Source of the DNA: Paracoccaceae bacterium
Lineage (GTDB): Bacteria; Pseudomonadota; Alphaproteobacteria; Rhodobacterales; Rhodobacteraceae
DNA: 44,080 bases
Assembly (NCBI GenBank): GCA_027069385.1
Contig: JALXER010000285.1
Span: forward strand, 1 to 44,080
Direction of reading: 5' to 3'
In this document: piece by piece, positions 27,126 through 35,694 of the stretch
Position numbering within the stretch: the first letter of the stretch is position 1
Layout: each line of letters starts with the position of its first letter
Notes under the pieces: model-generated
What the model was told of the DNA's origin: nothing
The model's input: only the letters and a program-made list of their open reading frames with translations
The model's database searches: none
Program-made: the position numbers and the translations under genes

Positions 27126-27566
27126 TCAGGCCTCCTTAAATCTGTAAATGCCGGCAATGCGCCGGGCCCACGCCGGAGTCAGCGGCGATTCAACCACCCC
27201 TCGCCCGGAATAGGCATGAATAATCTTCGGGTCGGGGTCGGTCCGACTGACAAGGGCAACGTGTTTTGCCACCGATCCGGCCCGCATCCGAAACAACAGC
27301 ACATCGCCCGGTTGCGCTGTCTCGACCCGCTGCAAATGTCGCTCGAATGCCTGCATCAGCCGTTCCACGCCGTCGGTCTCGGACCAGTCGGGCGTGTAGG
27401 GGCCAACCGGTTCCGGCTCGGCCCCGTAAAGCGCCCGCCACACGCCGCGCAGCAGGCCCAGACAATCGGCCCCCGCCCCCTTGCAACTGGCCTGATGCTC
27501 GTAAGGCGTGCCGATCCAGCTTCGCGCCTCGACCACCGCCCTATGCACGATCCAGCGCCCCGCCAT
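27126..27566 (-). CDS. g14: GTA g14: NlpC/P60-family cell-wall peptidase
   Basis: ATG 27566 gives MAGRWIVHRAVVEARSWIGTPYEHQASCKGAGADCLGLLRGVW, with the catalytic Cys in the DCLGL context. The longer ORF to 27779 would overlap g13 by ~240 nt with a low-complexity Arg/Ser/Pro-rich extension. Confidence 0.85.
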   Translation of the reverse strand: MAGRWIVHRAVVEARSWIGTPYEHQASCKGAGADCLGLLRGVWRALYGAEPEPVGPYTPDWSETDGVERLMQAFERHLQRVETAQPGDVLLFRMRAGSVAKHVALVSRTDPDPKIIHAYSGRGVVESPLTPAWARRIAGIYRFKEA

Positions 27567-28437
27567 TATGTTCCTCGCCCTCGGCCGGATAGGCGCTGAC
27601 CCAGTCCTCGCCGGGGATGCTCGGGAAGCCGCGGAAGTTGACCAGATTGTCGAACTTGTCGGCGCAGGTTTGCGCGCGCTTGTCACAGCCTGCGAGCAGC
27701 TCGGCCTGATCACCGGCGACAACGGGGCTGCGCAGTTCCTCCCAGGTTTCGATGCTGCGCGCCTCGACCCCCGAAACATCGGTTTTGATCAGCGAAATCA
27801 TCCCCGCATTCGCCCCGGTCAGCCAGCGCACATGGCCCCGGTTGAACCAGCCGGTTTGCGCGGCGGGGATCGGGGTAAAGGCAAAGCGGCGCGCGCTGGT
27901 GACTGCCAGCACCTCGACCGCCTCTCGCCGCCCCGCCACGCCCAGATCGACGCCGCATTTCGCATCGCCCAAAATCCGGTCGCATTCGGGCACATAGGCC
28001 CGCCCGACCGGCTGGTTCAGCGCTTCGGACAGCGAGCGCAACTCGACCTCGAACGCGGCACTGCCACGGCGGATCTCGCCCAGATTGCCGCGAAACACCT
28101 GCACCCGCGATTGCGGGTCCTGCCAGTCTACCAGCCATTGGCGCACCTCGGCGCGGTCATAGCGCCCCGCCAGAATATCGGCATCGGTCAGCCCCACCGC
28201 GCTTAGCGCCCCCATGGCCTGCCCGTTATCCACGCTTAACCCCGTAGAGCTTTCGACCGCGCTGGCCGTCATGCCCGAACCGGCCTGAAATACCGTGCCG
28301 TCAAAGGCAAGATCGCGGTCATGATCGGTAAACCCCATCACCGCCCCGTCGCGGCGCACCAGTTGCCAGCACCGGCAGACCGAGGTCGCGCCCATGTCCA
28401 GCATCGCCTGAAAACCGTCGGGAATCGCGCCGCTCAT
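27541..28437 (-). CDS. g13: GTA g13: DUF2163 / phage BR0599-family tail hub protein
   Basis: 298 aa at the g13 position. Typical motifs TSVCRCWQLVRRDG..GFTDHDRDL and a C-terminal CDKRAQTCADKFDNLVNFRGFP. Confidence 0.88.
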   Translation of the reverse strand: MSGAIPDGFQAMLDMGATSVCRCWQLVRRDGAVMGFTDHDRDLAFDGTVFQAGSGMTASAVESSTGLSVDNGQAMGALSAVGLTDADILAGRYDRAEVRQWLVDWQDPQSRVQVFRGNLGEIRRGSAAFEVELRSLSEALNQPVGRAYVPECDRILGDAKCGVDLGVAGRREAVEVLAVTSARRFAFTPIPAAQTGWFNRGHVRWLTGANAGMISLIKTDVSGVEARSIETWEELRSPVVAGDQAELLAGCDKRAQTCADKFDNLVNFRGFPSIPGEDWVSAYPAEGEEHNGGALDRA

Positions 28438-29066
28438 ACCCGCACCTCCACCACCGGCACCGAGGGGATTTCCCCCGCTGCAAACCCGCCCGAGCTGGCC
28501 TCGATCCGGTCGGTGTCAAAGCGCACCGGCACGTCGAATTCGAAACCGGCGGTCAGCGGTGCATCAAGGGGCGGTGCCACATAAAAGCTGACCAAACCGT
28601 TGCTGTAATCCACGTCATAATGCATGCCGTCCTCCAACAGATCACCCCCCAGCGCCACTTCGACCCGGCCCGGCGCGGGCTTGGAAATCTGCCGCGCATA
28701 GCTGAAATCGCCCGAGCGGTAGTTCTTGATCAGCGGAAACACCTTGGTTTCCCCGTCGCCCACGGCAAATTGTTGGTCCAGCGCGTCGAAATTCTCGGAA
28801 GGCGGGCAGGATTTGAAATCGGTCCAGTCCTTCCAGCGAAAGCCGAACAATTGCCCGTGGCGCGCCTCGAAAAACGCCATAACCTCGGCCAGATCGTCAA
28901 GGCTGCGCATGCCAAGCCCCGCATCATAACGGCGGCGCGATTGCGCCCAGGGCGAATTGCGTTCCTCGAACCCGTTGGAAAGGCTAACAATTTCTGTGCG
29001 CCGCTCGGGGCCACCAACAGACCCGAATGACAGGGCCGTTGGAAATCTTACATCGTGGAAATTCAT
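28434..29066 (-). CDS. g12: GTA g12: DUF2460 (TIGR02217) distal tail protein
   Basis: 210 aa starting MNFHDVRFPTALSFGSVGGPERRTEIVSLSNGFEERNSPW, the typical family start. 4-nt overlap with g13. Confidence 0.88.
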   Translation of the reverse strand: MNFHDVRFPTALSFGSVGGPERRTEIVSLSNGFEERNSPWAQSRRRYDAGLGMRSLDDLAEVMAFFEARHGQLFGFRWKDWTDFKSCPPSENFDALDQQFAVGDGETKVFPLIKNYRSGDFSYARQISKPAPGRVEVALGGDLLEDGMHYDVDYSNGLVSFYVAPPLDAPLTAGFEFDVPVRFDTDRIEASSGGFAAGEIPSVPVVEVRV

Positions 29067-29077
29067 GATCTGCCTTT

Positions 29078-29740
29078 CTAAAGGTTGCGTCCGCCGCGCT
29101 GGATAGCGCGCTGGATGCTGGCCGCAACTTGGGTTTTAGAGCGCTGGAACCCGCCCACATCGGGCGTGGTTATGTTCATATGAACCGTCACCGGATTGCC
29201 CCCGCCACCGCGCACGCCAAGGCGCCCGTCGGCGCCGCGCGCCAGCGGCATAATGGCCTCGGGTCCGGCCTCGCCCATCAGGCCGATACCGCCGCGCATC
29301 GGAAAATTGGTCGGCCCCGAAACCACCCCGCCCGTGGCAAAGGGCGTAACCCGTCCGGCACTGAAGGCCGCGCCGTTTTCAAACGGCAACACGCCGCCGA
29401 TCAGGCTACCAATCCCCTTGGCGATCAGCCCGCCAAAATGGTCGGTCACCGGTTTCATCACCATATCCAGCGCCGAATCCGCGATCGACAGGGTCAGGTT
29501 GCGCAATACATCCGTCAGCCGCGCCCCGTCAAAGATCAGGCTGTCAAACGCGGTGCGCAGACTGCCGCTGATCGACCTTGAAAAGCTGCTCATCTGTTGG
29601 GTCGAAAGCGCCATGGCGCTGTTGACGCCGGCCAGTTCGGCCTGAAATGCCGCCGTGACATTCTGGGTAGAGGCAATGCTGCCCTCCAGATCCCCCAGCA
29701 CAATATCGAGGCTCTCCAGATCGGTTCCGATCTCGCTCAT
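29078..29740 (-). CDS. g11: GTA g11: short tail tape-measure protein
   Basis: 220 aa at the g11 position after the chaperone pair. Helical N-half and Gly-rich C-half (..GLMGEAGPEAIMPLARGADGRLGV..), as in RcGTA-type tape measures. Confidence 0.85.
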   Translation of the reverse strand: MSEIGTDLESLDIVLGDLEGSIASTQNVTAAFQAELAGVNSAMALSTQQMSSFSRSISGSLRTAFDSLIFDGARLTDVLRNLTLSIADSALDMVMKPVTDHFGGLIAKGIGSLIGGVLPFENGAAFSAGRVTPFATGGVVSGPTNFPMRGGIGLMGEAGPEAIMPLARGADGRLGVRGGGGNPVTVHMNITTPDVGGFQRSKTQVAASIQRAIQRGGRNL

Positions 29741-29931
29741 GGTTTCTCCTTACTTGGTTCAGGGTATTGTTTGATCAGCTCGGCCAGCCCGCTGCGGGAC
29801 ATGGCGTTGCGCTGCCCCGGACCGGCAAAAAGCGCCAGCTCTGCCGGGGTCAGGGCCCAGAACTGATCCGGTGTCAGGCGCAGTTGCACCATGGCGAACC
29901 GCATCAGCTCTGCCCAGTCAAACCGTTTCAT
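29737..29931 (-). CDS. g10.1: GTA g10.1: tail assembly chaperone-like small protein
   Basis: 64 aa starting MKRFDWAELMRFAMVQLRLTPDQFWALTPAELALF, the typical rcc01693-family sequence. Overlaps the g10 3' end by 14 nt and g11 by 4 nt. Confidence 0.85.
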   Translation of the reverse strand: MKRFDWAELMRFAMVQLRLTPDQFWALTPAELALFAGPGQRNAMSRSGLAELIKQYPEPSKEKP

Positions 29932-30241
29932 CAGGGGTCGAAAAGGCGCGTTTCAGCAGCAGGGCACCGGCGCGCGCGGCCGCCAGCGGCCCGCCTTCGA
30001 TCTGTGCGCCTGCCAGCGCCTCGCGGTCGATTTCCGCCCCACCGCCCTGCAGCCCTGCATATAGCAGCGCAATCAGGTCGGCAGCGCTGAACGCGCCCTT
30101 TTCAAAGCGTTCAACCAGCGCCAGCAGGCTGTCCTCGGCCATGGTGGCCTCCAGCGCTGCCAGCGCCCCCAGGGTCAGGCGCATGGTGTATTGCTGCCCG
30201 TCCACTGTCAGGGCCACTTCGCCGCGATAGGGGTTCATCAC
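29918..30241 (-). CDS. g10: GTA g10: gene transfer agent family protein (tail assembly chaperone-like)
   Basis: 107 aa starting MMNPYRGEVALTVDGQQYTMRLTLGALAALE, as in GTA g10 family proteins. Sits between the major tail protein gene and g10.1. Confidence 0.85.
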   Translation of the reverse strand: MMNPYRGEVALTVDGQQYTMRLTLGALAALEATMAEDSLLALVERFEKGAFSAADLIALLYAGLQGGGAEIDREALAGAQIEGGPLAAARAGALLLKRAFSTPDETV

Positions 30242-30654
30242 AGGTCCGACACAAAGGTCAGTTCACCGCCCGAGGCCATGGTGATATCATAGGTGGCCTC
30301 ACCGTCGAAATCACCGGCATATTCCAGCGCGGTAATCTGGAACGGGCCGCGCAAGGTGCCCAGTTGCGGGATGATCACCTGAAATTCGGGGATTTCCGCG
30401 TCAAAGAAATACATCCGCGCCCGTTCGTCGGTGGCGTCGTCCAGAAACACCCCCGAGCCGCTGATCGTGGCCGAGCGCACGCCGGTTCCCGCCAGCAACT
30501 CGCGCCAGCCCCCGGCGCTGGCCATATTGGTAATATCCACCGTTTGGGCGTTGAAACTGATTTTGCTGGCCCGCAGACCGGCGAAGGGCATAAACGTCCC
30601 CGAACCGGTCATGTCGATTTTCACCAGCAGGTCTTTGCCTTTTTGAGCAGCCAT
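30238..30654 (-). CDS. g9: GTA g9: major tail (tube) protein, TP901-1 family
   Basis: 138 aa starting MAAQKGKDLLVKIDMTGSGTFMPFAGLRASKISFNAQTVDITN. Position and size match g9. Confidence 0.88.
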   Translation of the reverse strand: MAAQKGKDLLVKIDMTGSGTFMPFAGLRASKISFNAQTVDITNMASAGGWRELLAGTGVRSATISGSGVFLDDATDERARMYFFDAEIPEFQVIIPQLGTLRGPFQITALEYAGDFDGEATYDITMASGGELTFVSDL

Positions 30655-30666
30655 TTTGTAATTTCC

Positions 30667-31080
30667 CTATAAGTTGCCATCGTCGAGAATCGCGCGGAAA
30701 ACCAGCACGATCCGACGGGTTTCGGGGGCGGCACCGCGCCGCGCCCGTGATTTCAAGAATGAAAGGTTGACCAGTGCCCCGCGCGCAAGCGTCAGGTCCG
30801 CGCCAATCAGCACATCGCAAATCGCCGCGGCCGCGGCCTTGGCATCGCCAAACCCTTCGGCCGCCGAATGCACCGTCACGTCAAAATCGAGCGTGGTCCC
30901 CGAATGGGTCTGGCTCGACCGGTCTTTGGCCACCTCGTCGCCAAGCGTGACATACGGATCGCCCGCCGCCATGGGTGGCGCGTCATAGATGCGCGTGCCC
31001 ACGATTGCGGCCAAAGCGGCATCGCCGGAAAGCGCTGCAAAAACAGCGCCTTGCAAGGCCGCACTAATGGCGTAACTCAT
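30667..31080 (-). CDS. g8: GTA g8: DUF3168 tail terminator protein
   Basis: 137 aa starting MSYAISAALQGAVFAALSGDAALAAIVGTRIYDAPP, the typical DUF3168 start. In the g8 position. Confidence 0.85.
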   Translation of the reverse strand: MSYAISAALQGAVFAALSGDAALAAIVGTRIYDAPPMAAGDPYVTLGDEVAKDRSSQTHSGTTLDFDVTVHSAAEGFGDAKAAAAAICDVLIGADLTLARGALVNLSFLKSRARRGAAPETRRIVLVFRAILDDGNL

Positions 31081-31412
31081 GTCCGCCCCTCCTCTGCCCA
31101 GATTTCAAGATACTGCGCCGCGCCGTCCAGTTCGGCCACCGCCAGAATGTCGAACACCCGCGCGCCCTCGCGGAACCGTTGTTCGGGGCGCGGGCGCGAC
31201 GGAGCGCCAAACGGGGCGGCGCGGGTGATAATGCGAAACTTTTTCACCTCGACCTCGCGCCCGCCAAGCAGCCGTTCAGCCCCGCCGCGCGCGTCCAGAT
31301 TGGTCCACAAGCTGCCCAGCGGTTGCCAGACCAGTGACACCCCGCCCATGCCATCCGGCGTGCGAACGGCCTCTTCCAGAACCAGCAGCCGGTTCAGATT
31401 TGGCGGAGTCAT
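31077..31412 (-). CDS. g7: GTA g7: head-tail adaptor / head closure (stopper) protein
   Basis: 111 aa at the g7 position, with 4-nt overlaps on both sides. Confidence 0.82.
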   Translation of the reverse strand: MTPPNLNRLLVLEEAVRTPDGMGGVSLVWQPLGSLWTNLDARGGAERLLGGREVEVKKFRIITRAAPFGAPSRPRPEQRFREGARVFDILAVAELDGAAQYLEIWAEEGRT

Positions 31413-32002
31413 ACCCCACCCCCGATGCGGATATCGCGGTAGGATTCGATCAGCGCCAGCACGCCAAACGGCATCTGGCCGGTCTGGCGGGTCAACTCGT
31501 TACGGTTCTCGTAATAATTGGCCGCCAACAGGAAAACCGCCTGCCGCAGGTCAGGGGGCACATCGTCCCAAATGCCAAAACCCGCCTCGAACGCCACCCG
31601 CGCAAAACCGTTGCTCGGCACTTCGGGCAGGTTGCCGCTATTGGCCACCAGTCGCGGGCGCTGGCTGTCCGGGTCCAGATGATAGCTGGCCGGATCAATC
31701 AGGCTTTCCCCCCCCGCCGCATCGGTCAGAACCAGCGCCACAATCGCGTTGACCGGCGCCACCGGCAGCACCTGCGCGCCCTGATCACGCCGCCAGATAT
31801 TGACCTGCCAGACAAAGTCGCGCGCGATGGTAATCTTGCCGATCCGCGCCTCGATCGCGCCAATCGCGGCGCGCAGCACCGTTTCGAGCAGCGCATTCTG
31901 GCTTCCGTCATCGGCAAATCCCGAGCCGAGCCGCATATAATCGCTGAATGCCGCAATCGGCAGGTCGGCGCTGGTCAGCGTGGTGGTTTCAGTTAACTTC
32001 AT
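31409..32002 (-). CDS. g6: GTA g6: gp6-like head-tail connector (adaptor) protein
   Basis: 197 aa at the g6 position. Has the N-terminal 'phage gp6-like' pattern (LTSADLPIAAFSDYMRLGSGFADDGSQNALLETVLRAAIGAIEARIGK). Confidence 0.82.
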   Translation of the reverse strand: MKLTETTTLTSADLPIAAFSDYMRLGSGFADDGSQNALLETVLRAAIGAIEARIGKITIARDFVWQVNIWRRDQGAQVLPVAPVNAIVALVLTDAAGGESLIDPASYHLDPDSQRPRLVANSGNLPEVPSNGFARVAFEAGFGIWDDVPPDLRQAVFLLAANYYENRNELTRQTGQMPFGVLALIESYRDIRIGGGV

Positions 32003-32330
32003 CGGTTTCTCCTGATTTCTGGATGATGCGCAGCACCATGGCGCGGGTCAGAACCCGGCCCTTGTCGGTGCGCACGGTAGCGGTCAGCAGATAGGTCTGC
32101 CCCGGCACACCACCGCTTAAAACAACGTAAGAGCAATGGCGCCCGTGGCCTTGCTCGATCATGCAAAGACAGGCCGGATCACCGATTACCGGCTGCACCG
32201 TCCAGCCCAGATCATCGGCCAGCTCCTCGTTTTTGTTCAAATACCCCGTCCGCCAGTCAAAGCAGAATTTCAGCTCGGAATGCGGGTCCTTAAGGATGGT
32301 TCCATTCATGCGCGTATTGGGTCCAATCAC
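31989..32330 (-). CDS. Extra gene inside the GTA cluster between g5 and g6: phage fibre-tail-adaptor-like small protein
   Basis: 113-aa ORF whose 3' end overlaps the g6 ATG by 14 nt. KDPHSELKFCFDWRTGYL...VVLSGGVPGQTYLLTATVRTDKGRV resembles the KDP-x-x-x-LDY-x-x-DWS / GG..G..Y.....T..GR pattern that I recall for 'phage fiber-tail adaptor' proteins. Start is uncertain (GTG 32330 or ATG 32309; no clear SD). Confidence 0.6.
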   Translation of the reverse strand: MIGPNTRMNGTILKDPHSELKFCFDWRTGYLNKNEELADDLGWTVQPVIGDPACLCMIEQGHGRHCSYVVLSGGVPGQTYLLTATVRTDKGRVLTRAMVLRIIQKSGETDEVN

Positions 32331-32454
32331 TTGATAATAATGTTAAAACAGCGCCCCCGCACCGCCCTTAGCGGAGTCAGGTATAACAAGCCGGATGGTG
32401 TATCCGGGGGCGCCGGGGCGAGGTCGGAGTCCCCCGCCCTATCGGATCCCCGTG

Positions 32455-33630
32455 TTAGGAGACCGCGAATTTCAACAGTTTGATCGCGGCGAAATCGCTC
32501 ACGTCGCCGCCAACCCGTTTGGTGGCATAGAACAGCACATGCGGTTTGGCGCTGAACGGGTCACGCAGGATGCGCAGGTCCGGACGCTCGGCAACCGTGT
32601 AACCGGCCCCGAAATCACCAAAGGCAATCGCCATGGCGTCGGGCGCAATGTCGGGCATGTCCTCGGCGATCAGCACCGGATAGCCCATCAGGCGGGCAGG
32701 CTCGCCCGCGGCCAGACCGTCAGACCACAGGAAGCGACCGTCCACGTCCTTCATCTTGCGCACCGCACCGGCGGTTTTGGAGTTCATCACAAAGGTGCCG
32801 TTGGCGCGGTACTGCGCGTTCAGCGCATAGACCAGATCAACGATCGCATCGGCCTGATCCACCGCGGCAAAATCGCCCGCCGCACCGGTGGCGACATAGC
32901 CCAGGTTGCCCCAGCTCCAGCTGGCATCATCCACGGCCGGATGGGTCAGGAAACCGGTGGGTTTATCCACCCCGTCGCCGGTGATGAACGACAGGCTTTC
33001 GGCGCGGCTGAACTTGTCGGCAATCCGGCCGGCCAACCAGCCCTCGACGTCAAAGGCGCTGTCATCCAGCAGGCGCTGGCTGGCTTTGGGCAGGGCCGAA
33101 AGTTCATGCAGTGCAATGCTGATCCGGTCGATCTGCGGGGTGCCGGTTTCGGTTGTTGCGCTGGTTTCATCGGCCCAGCCTGCGCCGATATCGGTATGAT
33201 CGACCAGCACGTCATAGGCGGTGCTTTCGACCTGCACCACATTGGCAATCGCCCGAATGCTCGACGCACCGCGCAATACCGAAGTGATCTGCTCGGCGGT
33301 TTGCGGGTCAACCAGATAGCCGCCATCGGCCGAAACCGAGGTGCTCAGCGCCTTGCCTTCCAGCGGCAGCCCGCGCAACGCGTCATCATCGCCCGAGCGA
33401 AGATAGGCTGAAAATGCCTTTTTGTGGGGCAGATCAATATCGGCAGCCGTGGACAATGCCGGGCGGGCCGAGGCGATAGTTTTACGATCAAGCATGTTAA
33501 TACGTTTTTCCTGTTCAGTTAGTTTGGTTTTAAGTTCGGCTTGGAACTCGTTGAATTCACCCAAGAACCCTTGCAGTGCAGCCTTGACTTCCACAAAGGG
33601 GCCTTGCGCCTTGGTTTCGGTTTTACCCAT
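32455..33630 (-). CDS. g5: GTA g5: HK97-family major capsid protein
   Basis: 391 aa with an N-terminal coiled delta-domain-like region (FQAELKTKLTEQEKRINMLD) and an HK97-fold body (..GGYLVDPQ.., ..FVMNSKTAGAVRKMKDVDGRFLW..). Confidence 0.92.
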   Translation of the reverse strand: MGKTETKAQGPFVEVKAALQGFLGEFNEFQAELKTKLTEQEKRINMLDRKTIASARPALSTAADIDLPHKKAFSAYLRSGDDDALRGLPLEGKALSTSVSADGGYLVDPQTAEQITSVLRGASSIRAIANVVQVESTAYDVLVDHTDIGAGWADETSATTETGTPQIDRISIALHELSALPKASQRLLDDSAFDVEGWLAGRIADKFSRAESLSFITGDGVDKPTGFLTHPAVDDASWSWGNLGYVATGAAGDFAAVDQADAIVDLVYALNAQYRANGTFVMNSKTAGAVRKMKDVDGRFLWSDGLAAGEPARLMGYPVLIAEDMPDIAPDAMAIAFGDFGAGYTVAERPDLRILRDPFSAKPHVLFYATKRVGGDVSDFAAIKLLKFAVS

Positions 33631-33657
33631 TGGTTTTCCTTTTGGTTTGGGCTGGCA

Positions 33658-34194
33658 TCAGGCCAGCATGTCCCGGGCGGCCCGAAAGGTATCCGCCAGA
33701 TTTTGCGCCAACGCCTCTTCTTCATCGGAGGGCTGCACACGCGCTTCCGAGAGCATCGGAAAGGTCACCAAAGACACTTCCCAAAGCTCGATTTCATGCA
33801 GCAACCGGCCCGAACCGGCCTTCTCGCTGCGCTTGGTGCGATAGCCGATCGACAAGCCGTCAATCGCCCCCGCTTCCAACAGAACCTGCGCCTCTCGGGC
33901 GGCCTGAACGTCGGTCAGCAAACGCCCCTTGACCCGCAGGCCCCGGTCATCCTCGACCACCTCGTCCCAGACCCCGATCGGCTGGTGCGGGTTATGCTGC
34001 CAGAGCATTTTTACCCGCCCGTTCAACGCCTTAAGGCACTTCTGATAGGCCCCCTTCTGCACCATGTCGCCGCCCTGATCGCGGGCACCGAACAGGCTGG
34101 CATAGCCGCTAATCTGCGTCCCGTTGACCGCCGCTTCCTCTAGCGCACAAAACTTGGTTTCATAGGGAGGCCCCATGAAATTTTGGTAATTCAT
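33658..34194 (-). CDS. g4: GTA g4: HK97-family prohead protease
   Basis: ATG 34194 preceded by AGGAAACAGG. ISGYASLFGARDQGGDMVQKGAY...MLWQHNPHQPIGVW...LSIGY is the typical peptidase U35 pattern. The ORF extends to 34233, into the REP hairpin. Confidence 0.9.
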   Translation of the reverse strand: MNYQNFMGPPYETKFCALEEAAVNGTQISGYASLFGARDQGGDMVQKGAYQKCLKALNGRVKMLWQHNPHQPIGVWDEVVEDDRGLRVKGRLLTDVQAAREAQVLLEAGAIDGLSIGYRTKRSEKAGSGRLLHEIELWEVSLVTFPMLSEARVQPSDEEEALAQNLADTFRAARDMLA

Positions 34195-34207
34195 CCTGTT
34201 TCCTTTC

Positions 34208-34234
34208 CGTAAGGTGCGTGGGTCTCCACGCACC
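34208..34234 (+). repeat. REP-like hairpin, GGTGCGTGG/CCACGCACC subfamily, in the g3.5-g4 intercistronic gap
   Basis: CGTAAGGTGCGTGG-GTCT-CCACGCACC. 9-bp perfect stem read directly. Confidence 0.65.
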
Positions 34235-34242
34235 GGTCACCC

Positions 34243-34479
34243 TCATCCACCTTTGAAAAAGGCCACCGCCACATTGGCCAAAAACAGGCTGGCGGCGCCA
34301 TAGACCGCCAGCCACATGCGCCGTTCCAGCCGTTCCAGCATGGTTTCAATGCCGTTCAGGCGGCGTTCCAGCCCGTTCCAGCGCTCGTCGGTTACGCGCT
34401 CGTGCGCGTCGATCCGGGCGGTTGCCGCATCGAAAGGCTCGTATAAATAGCGCGAGCCGCCGCTGGCCCGCTTACGCAT
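34243..34479 (-). CDS. g3.5: GTA g3.5: small head-formation protein (rcc01685 family)
   Basis: 78 aa with a coiled segment (WNGLERRLNGIETMLERLERRMW) followed by a C-terminal TM helix. Sits between portal and protease, overlapping the portal 3' end by 8 nt. Confidence 0.8.
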   Translation of the reverse strand: MRKRASGGSRYLYEPFDAATARIDAHERVTDERWNGLERRLNGIETMLERLERRMWLAVYGAASLFLANVAVAFFKGG

Positions 34480-35641
34480 CCATCACCGCAGGCAGGCCCA
34501 GCATCCGGCGCTTTTCCGTCGGGCTCAGGAAGTCCGCGGTTGCGATACGCCGCCACTGCGATTCCCGCTCGACCGACAGGGCATGGATGTTATCCAGATC
34601 GGGGCGCAGGCTCAGCATCTCGCCGTAGTAATCCGCCAGCCAGTTCCCCAGCGCCGCCATGGTCTTTGCCACCAAAGGCAGCACCGTCAGGCGGAAAAAG
34701 GCGCGGTTGGCCTCGGCATAATTGGCATAGGTCGCATCGCCGGGCAGGCCCAGCAGCATCGGTGGCACCCCGAAGGCCAGCGCGATTTCGCGCGCAGCGC
34801 TTTCCTTGGTTTTCTGGAATTCCATATCCGAAGGGCTAAACCCCATCGGCTTCCAGTCCAGCCCCCCTTCCAGCAACATCGGCCGCCCCGCATTGCGCGC
34901 GCCCTGATGGTTGCTTTCCAGCTCGCTGACCAGCCGGTCATACTGGTCATTGGCCATGGCCCCCATGCCGTCGGCACCCTTATAGACGATCGCCCCCGAA
35001 GGCCGCGCCGCATTGTCGAGCAACGATTTCGACCACGCGCTTGCAGCGTTATGGACATCCAGCGCCGAGCCAGCCGCCGCCATCGGCGACAGCCCGTAAT
35101 GGTCATCGGCGGGGTGAAAGGTTTTGACATGCAGAACCGGCGGCACCGCGCCGCCAAGCTCGAACCGGTGCTTTTTCGCCCCGACCGCATATTCATAGGC
35201 CACCGGCCAGCCATCGGCCCCCGGCACCACCCGCATCCGGTCCGAACGCAGTACAAACAATTCACCCGGAGCACCGCTGTCATCCACCGCCGCGGCCTCC
35301 AGATAGCCGTCGCCGGACAGCAACAACTGCCCATAGAACGCCTCCAGCAGGTCAGCATTGCCCTGGGCGCCGTTGGGGCGCTGCAACAGGGCCAGCATCG
35401 GATGCGTGTCATAGCGCCGCTCGGCATCCTGCAACGTCACCGGCACCGCCGCCGCCGCTTCGGCAATCATCTTGACACAGCGAAACCCGATCGGGTTGCC
35501 CACAAAGCCGTTGCGCGTCAGGCTTACCACATCGCGCCCCGACCACGCGGCGCGGCCATTGCTGTGAAAAGCCACCACACCCGCCGCCGCGCTGGCCTTG
35601 GCCTCTGGCGGTTTGGCCGATTTAAAAAGCTGCAAAACCAT
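34472..35641 (-). CDS. g3: GTA g3: HK97-family portal protein
   Basis: ATG 35641 preceded by AAGGAG. The ~389-aa product carries portal motifs (..NPIGFRCVKMIAEAAA.., ..GLSPMAAAGSALDVHNAA.., ..FQKTKESAAREIALAFGVPPMLLG..). The ORF extends to 35689, into the REP hairpin. Confidence 0.9.
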   Translation of the reverse strand: MVLQLFKSAKPPEAKASAAAGVVAFHSNGRAAWSGRDVVSLTRNGFVGNPIGFRCVKMIAEAAAAVPVTLQDAERRYDTHPMLALLQRPNGAQGNADLLEAFYGQLLLSGDGYLEAAAVDDSGAPGELFVLRSDRMRVVPGADGWPVAYEYAVGAKKHRFELGGAVPPVLHVKTFHPADDHYGLSPMAAAGSALDVHNAASAWSKSLLDNAARPSGAIVYKGADGMGAMANDQYDRLVSELESNHQGARNAGRPMLLEGGLDWKPMGFSPSDMEFQKTKESAAREIALAFGVPPMLLGLPGDATYANYAEANRAFFRLTVLPLVAKTMAALGNWLADYYGEMLSLRPDLDNIHALSVERESQWRRIATADFLSPTEKRRMLGLPAVMDA

Positions 35642-35672
35642 TAAGTTACGCTCCTTTATTGTCGTTTCCCTT

Positions 35673-35694
35673 GGGTGCGTGGACCCCACGCACC
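35673..35694 (+). repeat. REP-like hairpin, GGTGCGTGG/CCACGCACC subfamily, in the g2-g3 intercistronic gap
   Basis: GGGTGCGTGG-ACC-CCACGCACC. 9-bp stem read directly. Confidence 0.65.

Noticed and set aside
27567-27779. N-terminal extension of g14 (ORF-track start 27779)
   Set aside because: The extension is Arg/Ser/Pro/Ala-rich and overlaps the g13 coding region by ~240 nt. The conserved peptidase sequence starts at ATG 27566.
32331-32454. Attenuator or terminator after the capsid gene
   Set aside because: Only short or imperfect stems (6 bp CCGGAT/ATCCGG; an interrupted GGGCG/CGCCC stem) with no convincing U-tract. It is mentioned under the extra-gene finding but not called as a feature.
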